Shown here: positions 19,332 to 26,989 of the stretch, piece by piece | Layout: each line of letters starts with the position of its first letter | How positions within the stretch are numbered: position 1 is the stretch's first letter | Assembly (NCBI GenBank): GCA_964623635.1 | Contig: CAZUUA010000001.1 | Location: 35,452-99,451, forward strand | Reading direction: 5' to 3' | DNA from: an uncultured Ruminococcus sp. | GTDB lineage: Bacteria > Bacillota > Clostridia > Oscillospirales > CAG-272 | DNA length: 64,000 nt | Translations under genes and position numbers: made by a program | The notes under the pieces: generated by a model | Told to the model about the DNA's origin: nothing | What the model saw: the letters and a program-made list of their open reading frames with translations, nothing else | The model's database searches: none

Positions 19332-20630
19332 TCACCCCAATATCTCCGCTGCCAGTGCTTTGCCGAAGAGCCGGATCGAGCGCACCGCTTCCTCCAGGTC
19401 GGAGCAGGCGGCACCAGCTTCGATGAGCAGTGCTCCCGGCGCATATTGGGCATTGAAGGAGGCCGAGCGCAGATTGATGTCCCGCATCAGGGTCGGATGG
19501 CTCTCGTGTATGGACGACTGCAGACGAGCCGCCAACGCCAGATTGGTCTCCCATTCGGTGTGTCCGCTGCCGCCATGGTCGGTGCCCACCACAAACATGA
19601 GCTGGGCATATTCCGTATCGCCTTCCACGGACAACGGCCGGATGCCTATGCCGTCCGCATTGGTGATGGCGTCCCGATGGATGTCCAGTATGTACCGGAT
19701 GGATGGGTGTGCTTCCAGGGTCTCCCGGATGTATCGGGCCGCATTGTAGTACGCCATGTCAAAGGCACCCTCGTCAAACAGCTCCGTACAGTGGAGGACC
19801 CCGATCCCCTCACTCGTCAGCACGTCCGACAACGCCTTGCCGACCTGCAGGATGCTGCGGCTCTTGTCGGTGGTGTGATAGCCCGTCTCTGCCTGGTCTG
19901 CAAAGGCTTCGGTACCGTGGGTGTGCAGGATCAGCACCGCAGGACAAGCCTTCCCGTAGATGGATTCCAGAGCCCCATACCGGTCGATCACCGGGTCGAC
20001 TTTGGCAAGAGTCGACAGCTCCGGCGTGTACGGCGTTTCGTTGATCAGTCCCAGCCCACCGGCACTGCGCGAGGACAGATCCCTTGTCAGTACCTCCGTC
20101 ACCGGTATCGGCACCACGTCTTCGTTGGCAGGCGGTGCATCGGTCTCCGGTTCCGGTGTGGGCAGCGCAGGGGTCGGTGTGTCCGATCCGGGTTTGGCGG
20201 CGGCAGTTTCGTCGGACGTTTCGTCGGGCAGTGTCGTCTCCGGCAGTACGGCCACCACACGGGTGCTGCCAAGTACAGCTCTGGCTGCCCATGCACCGTC
20301 CGTGAACCACGCCTTTGTGTTCTGCAAAAACAGCAGCCCATAGACACCGGCGCCCACCAATGCCAGTGTTACCCCGACACCACTGCAGAAGCGCATCCGG
20401 CGGCGTGTCCGGGGTGTGCGTATCGTGGGCACATCGGCGACAGCAGGTACAGGCGATACCGGCTCTGGTACAGGGGCGATATCGGGACATATGGGTGGCA
20501 CCGGTGCGGCTATGGCAGCAGGTAGCGTGGGCGTGTCTAAGTCTCCGACCTCGCCGGCGTCCGGGTACAGCGCATAGCAGGGCATACCGTTGTCGTCTAA
20601 GGAAGCGGTGGTCTCCAGTATCTTGTCCAT
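19332..20630 (-). CDS. spoIIP: Stage II sporulation protein P
   Basis: N-terminal TM helix, a proline-rich linker and a C-terminal amidase-like domain (ILHTHGTEAF, YILDIHRDA, MFVVGTD). It lies adjacent to gpr, as in Bacillus and Clostridium. Confidence 0.85.
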   Translation of the reverse strand: MDKILETTASLDDNGMPCYALYPDAGEVGDLDTPTLPAAIAAPVPPICPDIAPVPEPVSPVPAVADVPTIRTPRTRRRMRFCSGVGVTLALVGAGVYGLLFLQNTKAWFTDGAWAARAVLGSTRVVAVLPETTLPDETSDETAAAKPGSDTPTPALPTPEPETDAPPANEDVVPIPVTEVLTRDLSSRSAGGLGLINETPYTPELSTLAKVDPVIDRYGALESIYGKACPAVLILHTHGTEAFADQAETGYHTTDKSRSILQVGKALSDVLTSEGIGVLHCTELFDEGAFDMAYYNAARYIRETLEAHPSIRYILDIHRDAITNADGIGIRPLSVEGDTEYAQLMFVVGTDHGGSGHTEWETNLALAARLQSSIHESHPTLMRDINLRSASFNAQYAPGALLIEAGAACSDLEEAVRSIRLFGKALAAEILG

Positions 20631-20714
20631 TTTCTTCTTCCTTCCGTAGGGCTCTGTCGTTATCTATGTCCTATACATATGCCCACCGGTGCCGGACTAT
20701 GCCATGTGCCGTGA

Positions 20715-21524
20715 TCATTTCCCGTGGACTGTGCAGGAGGTCTGCGACCTATCCGGTGTCACGGCCGCTTGCAGGATGGCAGAGGATAGCAGACTGCCCC
20801 AGCGCTCTACCGTGCGGTCTGTGTCTCCGGCGGTCACAAGATACCGATCGTTGCCACCGTCCGGCAGGGTCGTGCGGATCACCGTGGGTACGCCAACGGT
20901 CACCACGGGACAGGGCATGGTCCGTGTGGAGATCTCCGGCGGATAGTCCGACGACAAAGGTGCATCGACGGTCGGCTCCGTTGTTCCGCTGCCCGGTGTC
21001 AGACCCACGTCGGAGAACTGCACCACTTTGCCCAGCGAGGCGGCACCACAGGCACACAGCGCATCGACGGCAAGGATACGGTCGGCGTGGAGCAGAGTCG
21101 CCGTACGGGCTACCAGCTTGTCGGTGGGTATCCCTGTGACGGCCGATACACCGGGCACCAGACTGTACAGCGTTCGTGACCCAAGCGGTATGCCGCCCAG
21201 CGTCAATCGACTGCACACCGCCGTACCCAGCCGGTCAGCCGTCAGCGCACCGTTGCCCAGTCCTACCACCAGCACCTGCCCGGCATCCTGCAGATACGTA
21301 CCGAGCAGGACCGCCATGGCATGGGTGAGACGGCGACAGGGTTCGGCACCCAAGGAAGCCACGTCCCCGGCGGTCAGCGTGTGGTGGCGTGTAGGTCCCA
21401 GGCGATCTTCCCGTACAGGCCAGCCAAGTAGGGTGTGTTCCGATGTCACGCCAGTCTCCGTGCCCGTTTGCGCCGGGTCCGCACACTCCATGTACAGCTC
21501 ACTTTTGCGATGGGAATATTGCAT
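20715..21524 (-). CDS. gpr: GPR endopeptidase (spore germination protease), short form
   Basis: LVVGLGNGALTADRLG, LAVDALCA, FSDVGLTPGSG and VVTVGVPTVI align by eye with B. subtilis Gpr. An AGGAGG RBS is present, and the gene shows synteny with spoIIP. Confidence 0.75.
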   Translation of the reverse strand: MQYSHRKSELYMECADPAQTGTETGVTSEHTLLGWPVREDRLGPTRHHTLTAGDVASLGAEPCRRLTHAMAVLLGTYLQDAGQVLVVGLGNGALTADRLGTAVCSRLTLGGIPLGSRTLYSLVPGVSAVTGIPTDKLVARTATLLHADRILAVDALCACGAASLGKVVQFSDVGLTPGSGTTEPTVDAPLSSDYPPEISTRTMPCPVVTVGVPTVIRTTLPDGGNDRYLVTAGDTDRTVERWGSLLSSAILQAAVTPDRSQTSCTVHGK

Positions 21525-21812
21525 CCGCTCTTACCTCCTTTTGGGCTGTTTTGGGGTCCGATGACAGTGTTGCCTGCCATGCCGTGATCCATGCAGTGCG
21601 GCGAAAAATGTGACGATTAAACGTTTGTTTCCTGCTTCGGATCGATGGTATACAAATGTAAAATAGGCTCCGATACCCAAAAAATGGGAAAAAACCGGCT
21701 CGAACGTGGCTGCAGAGCGGAAAATGCGGAAAATTCGTTGGCAATAGTGCACAAAAAAATAAGGTGAAATTGTGCATTTGGATGAATCTTGACAATTCTG
21801 CAAAAGAAGATG

Positions 21813-21841
21813 TTGATTCTCTGACAAAAAAGTGGTATAAT
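21813..21841 (+). promoter_or_regulatory. Sigma-A type promoter for the peptide-type SBP gene
   Basis: TTGATT (21813-21818), a 17-bp spacer, then TATAAT (21836-21841). Confidence 0.5.
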
Positions 21842-21917
21842 GTGGTGAGTAATAAATGACCCGTAGTCCACTACAGTCTACTACGCTTTATTTACCGTTA
21901 GGAGGAAATACGAAATC

Positions 21918-23681
21918 ATGAAAAAAAAGGTGTTATCCCTGCTTCTGGCTGCGCTGATGCTGATGACCACGCTGGCGAGCTGCACGACCCTGGAGGAAGA
22001 TGACAAGGGTGCTATCATCGATATGTACCTGACCACCGAAGTCTTTGACTTTGACCCCCAGCTGAGCATGACCGACGACGCACAGCTCAAGTACATGAGC
22101 CTGATGTTCGAAGGCCTGACCCGTATCGACGAAAAGGGCAAGTGGGAAAAGGCCCTGATGAGCAACTACAAGGTGGAAGTGGACGACGGCGAAAACTTCT
22201 CCATCCTGATCGACATGAATATCACCCGTTGGAGCGATGGTCGTACCGTACAGGCCGGTGACTTCATCTACTCCTGGAAGAGACTCCTTGACCCCGACCA
22301 GCAGTGGGAAGGCGCATCTCTGCTCTACGACGTGAAGAACGCCAAGGCTGCCAAGATGGGCGATGCTTCCATCGACGACATCGGTATCGCAGCCGTTGAC
22401 ACCTATACCATCCAGGTGGAATTTGAGTCCAAGATCGATCTGGACGGTTTCTTTGAAAAGCTGTCTGCCATCTGCCTGGTACCGCTGCGTGAAGACGTGA
22501 TCACCCGGTATGGCGATACCTGGGCCAGAAAGACCACCTCCATTGTGACCAATGGTGCTTTCGTTCCCAAGGAAGTAGTGGCCGGCTCCGACATCCGTCT
22601 GGAACGTTCCACCTATTACTACCTGGATCCCGATAAGGAAGAGCATCTGGATAAGTATGTTATCCCCTACAGACTGCTGACCAAGTATGCGACCGGTACG
22701 GCTGCCGACCAGCTGGCCTCCTTTACCGCCGGTGGTATCTTCTATGACGGTGAACTGTCTCTGGCTGACCGTGCGACCTACAAGGATTCTGCTGTTGTGA
22801 CGGACATGATGGGCACCCACACCTATATGTTCAACACCAACAACAAGCTGTTTGAAAAGGCAGAGGTACGCCGTGCTCTGTCTCTGGCACTGGACAGAAA
22901 TGCCATTGCACAGATCGTGACCTTCGCTAAGCCTGCTACCGGTTACGTTCCCTATAAGGTATTCGACACCGCATCCGGCACTTCCTTCCGGGAAGTCGGT
23001 GGAGACGTGATCTCTGCTTCTGCCAATGTATCCGAGGCACAGAGCCTGCTGTCCTCTGCCGGTGTCAAGAGCGGTTCCTTTACCATCTCCGTACGGAACA
23101 ACGAGGTAGACCTGGCTGTTGCCGACTACGTGAAGGGTGTTTGGGAAGGTCTGGGCTTCACCGTAACGGTAGAGACCCTGGGCACCAAGAAGAACTCTGA
23201 AGACACTGTGGACGACCTGTTCCAGGATGCATACGAGGCCGGTGACTTTGACGTGATCGCCATCGACACCATGTTCCTGTCTGCCGATGCCTTTGGCGCA
23301 CTGTCTCAGTTCTCCACTGCCTACTCCGGCAACGGTGTGGACATGAACTCCGCCAATTACGATCTGTACGGCCACGTATCCGGTTATGCCAATGCCGACT
23401 ACGATGCCCTGATCGACTCTGCCTATGCGACCTATGACAGAGCTGCCAGAACCGCTATTCTGCACGACGCCGAAAAGAAGCTGATGGAAGATATGCCCGT
23501 TTGCCCGCTGTTCTTCCTGCAGGACGCTTATATCTACTCCACCGAGCTGTCCGGCCTGTCTGCGGATTACTACGGTGTACGGAACTTCAACGATGTGAAA
23601 CTGAACGATTACATGACCTATAAGGCTGCTACCGATACGTCGGAAGCTGCTGCTCCTGCCGGAGATACCACTGCACAGTAA
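21918..23681 (+). CDS. ABC transporter substrate-binding lipoprotein, family 5 (peptide/nickel type), no linked permease
   Basis: The signal peptide has lipobox LASC. Length and motifs resemble OppA/DppA. An AGGAGG RBS is present. Confidence 0.8.
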   Translation: MKKKVLSLLLAALMLMTTLASCTTLEEDDKGAIIDMYLTTEVFDFDPQLSMTDDAQLKYMSLMFEGLTRIDEKGKWEKALMSNYKVEVDDGENFSILIDMNITRWSDGRTVQAGDFIYSWKRLLDPDQQWEGASLLYDVKNAKAAKMGDASIDDIGIAAVDTYTIQVEFESKIDLDGFFEKLSAICLVPLREDVITRYGDTWARKTTSIVTNGAFVPKEVVAGSDIRLERSTYYYLDPDKEEHLDKYVIPYRLLTKYATGTAADQLASFTAGGIFYDGELSLADRATYKDSAVVTDMMGTHTYMFNTNNKLFEKAEVRRALSLALDRNAIAQIVTFAKPATGYVPYKVFDTASGTSFREVGGDVISASANVSEAQSLLSSAGVKSGSFTISVRNNEVDLAVADYVKGVWEGLGFTVTVETLGTKKNSEDTVDDLFQDAYEAGDFDVIAIDTMFLSADAFGALSQFSTAYSGNGVDMNSANYDLYGHVSGYANADYDALIDSAYATYDRAARTAILHDAEKKLMEDMPVCPLFFLQDAYIYSTELSGLSADYYGVRNFNDVKLNDYMTYKAATDTSEAAAPAGDTTAQ

Positions 23682-23810
23682 TTCGTTCACCTGATCCATA
23701 CAAAAAGCATGAACGGGGGAGCAACCACTCCTCCGTTTTGCTCTTTTTTGGAGCATGGGCTAAGGCAGGTGAAGTAAAGATATGTTTAGACAGAAGCGAG
23801 GAACACAAAC

Positions 23811-24404
23811 GTGGCTGAACTTTTAAGAGAACCGGATCAGGTGAAGGTGTTCATCCTGTATCTGCTGGATAAGATCGGCTATCCCCTGAACTATACCGAT
23901 GTGGGTACGATCATCATCCGGGACGGTTTGGTTGATTACTTTAACTTTGTGGAAAATTTCCGGAGCCTGCTGGAAAACGGACACATCCGTGGCATCCGTC
24001 CGGATGGTTCTGCCGTAGAGCCGGACGAGGACTTTCATCCGGACGACGACAGCATTTTGTACGAGGTCACCAGAAAAGGCAAGGTGGTGGCTGAGGGACT
24101 GGCAGACGATCTGCTCATGGCGGCAGTGCGGGAAAAAAGCTACGTCAGCGCTATGCGGCATTTGTCTCTGGAAAAGCGCGGCGCCGTCATCGACCAGTCG
24201 GCAGAGAACAACGGCGACAGCGGCTTTCTCTTCCATTGCACCATCAAGGATAAGGACGGCCTGGCGCTGAAGCTGTCTCTCCGTGCGGAGACCTACAACC
24301 AGCTTCGTCGGATGCAGATGAACTTCGAGGACAAGCCGGATGTGGTTCTGCGTGGGATCACGGCACTGGTCACCGGAAATGTGAATTATCTGTTTGACGA
24401 TTAG
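23811..24404 (+). CDS. DUF4364 family protein
   Basis: GTG start. The N-terminal winged-helix-like region reads VKVFILYLLDKIGYPLNYTDV...DYFNFVENFRSLLENGHI. Confidence 0.7.
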   Translation: MAELLREPDQVKVFILYLLDKIGYPLNYTDVGTIIIRDGLVDYFNFVENFRSLLENGHIRGIRPDGSAVEPDEDFHPDDDSILYEVTRKGKVVAEGLADDLLMAAVREKSYVSAMRHLSLEKRGAVIDQSAENNGDSGFLFHCTIKDKDGLALKLSLRAETYNQLRRMQMNFEDKPDVVLRGITALVTGNVNYLFDD

Positions 24405-24493
24405 TCAAACGAATTGACGATTAGTCAAACGAATTGACGATTAGTCAAACGATTTGGCGATTGGTCAAATGGATTGGCAGATGACGAAACGCT
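24394..24493. repeat. Tandem array of about 5 copies of a 20-bp unit, each containing the palindrome TTGAC-N5-GTCAA
   Basis: There are three perfect copies of TTGACGATTAGTCAAACGAA (24394, 24414, 24434). Two degenerate copies follow (TTGGCGATTGGTCAAATGGA and TTGGCAGATGACGAAACGCT). The first copy overlaps the DUF4364 stop codon. Confidence 0.9.
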
Positions 24494-24640
24494 GCGATAG
24501 GAGCCTATGTGTTTGGGACTATCCAATTCTACATTTGTGGAATTCGTCAAAATCACCTAACAAAGCGGATCAAAAATGGCGAATTTGCACAGGAGCCGAT
24601 GGGTAGACGAAAAAAATCTGCCTTTATTTTTACAAAACTA

Positions 24641-24668
24641 TTGACAAATTCGCAATTCATGATATAAT
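24641..24668 (+). promoter_or_regulatory. Strong sigma-A type promoter for the SigH-like gene
   Basis: TTGACA (24641-24646), a 16-bp spacer containing TG, then TATAAT (24663-24668). Confidence 0.6.
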
Positions 24669-24709
24669 GAAATCAAGTATCAAATGCTGAAAGTGTGCGT
24701 GGCTTGTAT

Positions 24710-25342
24710 ATGAAGGATCCCGGAGAAGCGCAGGTGACAGATACAGAGGAGCTGGAAGTGCTGCTGGCCCAGATCCGGGAAGGTCATGATACCGGTGCCT
24801 TCGAAAAGCTCTGCGAGAAATATGCCCATTTGCTGGACGCCATGGTGAAGCAGTATGCACCATCACTGGGGATCACGGCAGCACAGGGCACCTCGGCACT
24901 TATGGGCATCGGTCGGGACGAGCTGCGACAGGACGCCGCTATGGCACTGTATCGAGCCGCTATGACCTATGACCCCTTGTCGGACAAGGGACAGAAGGTG
25001 CGCTTCGGTCTGTACGCCAAGATCTGCATCCGCAATGCCATGATCACCCAGGTGCGGCGATATGATCGGCTGCGGGCCCGGCGTGAGAAGCAGCACGAAC
25101 GGGTCGAGCTCCCATCCAAGCGTGACAGACGGGAAAAGTGGGAAGCACTGGATCCGTCGGCGCTCACCGGAGATACCATGGCCCGACTGCAAGCGGCGCT
25201 GTCTGCCTACGAGAAGCAGATCTTGCCGCTGTATCTGCAGGGCAAGCCGCCAAGAGAGATCGCCACGGTGCTTGGCCGGTCGGAAAGATCCATCAGCAAC
25301 GGCATCTATCGGATCAAATGCAAGCTGAAGGAGCTGCTGTAG
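24710..25342 (+). CDS. sigH: Sigma-70 family RNA polymerase sigma factor, SigH-like
   Basis: Region 2 (FGLYAKICIRNAMITQVRR) and region 4 (LSAYEKQILPLYLQGKPPREIATVLGRSERSISNGIYRIKCKL) align by eye with B. subtilis SigH. It also shares the rlmB neighbourhood. The start could be 24695 (GTG) or 24710 (ATG). Confidence 0.6.
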   Translation: MKDPGEAQVTDTEELEVLLAQIREGHDTGAFEKLCEKYAHLLDAMVKQYAPSLGITAAQGTSALMGIGRDELRQDAAMALYRAAMTYDPLSDKGQKVRFGLYAKICIRNAMITQVRRYDRLRARREKQHERVELPSKRDRREKWEALDPSALTGDTMARLQAALSAYEKQILPLYLQGKPPREIATVLGRSERSISNGIYRIKCKLKELL

Positions 25343-25504
25343 GCGCCAACTGTGGCAGGCAACAAAACCATAGGACAAAGCCTCTCTTCACGAGAGGATG
25401 TCATATATGCCCGAATAGCTTAATAGAGAGCGTTGGTTACAAAGGTGACGGTGAGAATCCGTCGAGGGCAAGAAATTTTCACCATTCAAAGCGAGGAAAA
25501 AAAG

Positions 25505-25780
25505 ATGTACGAGGACAAGACCCTGAAGTGCAAGGAATGCGGCAATGATTTCGTTTTCACAGCCGGTGAACAGGAATTCTACGCAGAAAAGGGATTCCAG
25601 AACGAACCCCAGAGATGCAAGGCGTGCCGTGACAAGAGAAAGAACGTAAACAAGGAACAGAGAGAAATGTTCACCACCGTTTGCGCAAACTGCGGCAAGG
25701 AAGCGAAGGTTCCGTTCCAGCCCAGCAACGACAGACCCGTATATTGCAGCGAATGCTTCGCCGCTATGAAGCAGCAGTAA
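25505..25780 (+). CDS. Zinc-ribbon domain protein (two CxxC...CxxC units)
   Basis: Sequence MYEDKTLKCKECG...CKACRDKRK...CANCG...CSECF. A GAGGAAAAAAAG RBS is present. The longer 115-aa ORF start has no RBS. Confidence 0.75.
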   Translation: MYEDKTLKCKECGNDFVFTAGEQEFYAEKGFQNEPQRCKACRDKRKNVNKEQREMFTTVCANCGKEAKVPFQPSNDRPVYCSECFAAMKQQ

Positions 25781-25950
25781 TCGGTCTTGTGGTATAGATC
25801 ATCACGATCCTGTATCAGGAAAAGGTGCGGTACTCCGGTATCGTATCTTTTTTTTGTGAAAAAATGACTTTCGAGCCGGTTTTGTTGGAATTACCACTGT
25901 ACAAAATGGAATTTGTGTGGTATAATAACCTTGTATAACCTTGTGAACCG

Positions 25951-26874
25951 ATGGAGAGAGTGACCCGTTTCATGGAAAAAAACGATTTTAACAAAAATAA
26001 AAAGCAAAGCAGTGACCGGAAACGGTACGACAACAGACCCGGCTACGGTGCCGATCGTAGAGTCGGTGCCGATCGCGGCAGACAAAACCGTGCACCCAGA
26101 CGACAGGACTACGACCGGGACGAGGAGGACATCTTCGATCCGGAGACCACGGGACTGGTGCTGGGCCGCAATGCGGTACGGGAGCTGCTGCGTGCCGGCA
26201 GACCCATCGATAAGCTGTACGTGGCAGGCAGAGAAGGCTCTATCGTGGCGCTGGTGGCAGAAGCGAAAAAGGCCGGTGTGCCGGTGGTGGATGCGGATAT
26301 GCAAAAGCTGGACAAGCTGGCCGGTGGTGAGAACCATCAGGGTATCATAGCCCAGACCGCAGCCAAGGAATACAGCACCATCGAAGAGATCCTTGCCATT
26401 GCCGCCGAGCGTGGTGAGCTGCCGCTGATCGTGGTGTGCGACGGCGTGGAGGATCCCCACAATTTGGGCGCCATCATCCGGACGGCAGAATGCTGCGGTG
26501 CCCACGGCGTGATCATTCCCAAGCGTCGTGCCTGTGGACTGACGGCAGCGGTGTCCAGAGCCTCTGCAGGGGCCATAGAGCATATGGCAGTGGCCCGAGT
26601 ACAGAACATTGCCTCCGCCGTGGAGGAGCTGAAGGAAGCCGGTGTGTGGACCTTTGCCGCAGAAGCCGGTGGTGCCGATTTCTACGATACCGATTTTCAT
26701 CTGCCTTGTGCGCTGGTGGTCGGCAGTGAAGGCAACGGCGTCAGTCACCTGGTGAAGGAACGGTGCGACTTCCTTGTGTCCATTCCCATGTACGGACAGG
26801 TGAACTCTCTCAATGTCTCCGCTGCCACAGCGATCCTGCTGGCACACGCAGCCAGACGGCAAAGACAGGGATAA
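25951..26874 (+). CDS. rlmB: 23S rRNA (guanosine-2'-O)-methyltransferase RlmB (SpoU/TrmH family)
   Basis: A basic N-terminal tail is followed by a SpoU substrate-binding domain. The SPOUT motifs are DPHNLGAIIRTAE, VVGSEGNGVS and IPMYGQVNSLNVS. The start is uncertain (25951 or 25972). Confidence 0.85.
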   Translation: MERVTRFMEKNDFNKNKKQSSDRKRYDNRPGYGADRRVGADRGRQNRAPRRQDYDRDEEDIFDPETTGLVLGRNAVRELLRAGRPIDKLYVAGREGSIVALVAEAKKAGVPVVDADMQKLDKLAGGENHQGIIAQTAAKEYSTIEEILAIAAERGELPLIVVCDGVEDPHNLGAIIRTAECCGAHGVIIPKRRACGLTAAVSRASAGAIEHMAVARVQNIASAVEELKEAGVWTFAAEAGGADFYDTDFHLPCALVVGSEGNGVSHLVKERCDFLVSIPMYGQVNSLNVSAATAILLAHAARRQRQG

Positions 26875-26989
26875 CGACCACCGATCACAAGTGGTGCAGT
26901 GCTTTCCCAGAAGTGCTTCATAGAGATGTACTGCGCCGGTAAGGCATAAGAAAGGAAAATCCTGCAGCGATACAGGATGGAATTGGATT

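Noticed and set aside
24394-24493. I considered whether the 20-bp array, or the 21-bp array at 51713-51796, could be a small CRISPR array.
   Set aside because: The units are directly abutting with no unique spacers. They are far shorter than CRISPR repeats. No cas genes are present anywhere in the window.
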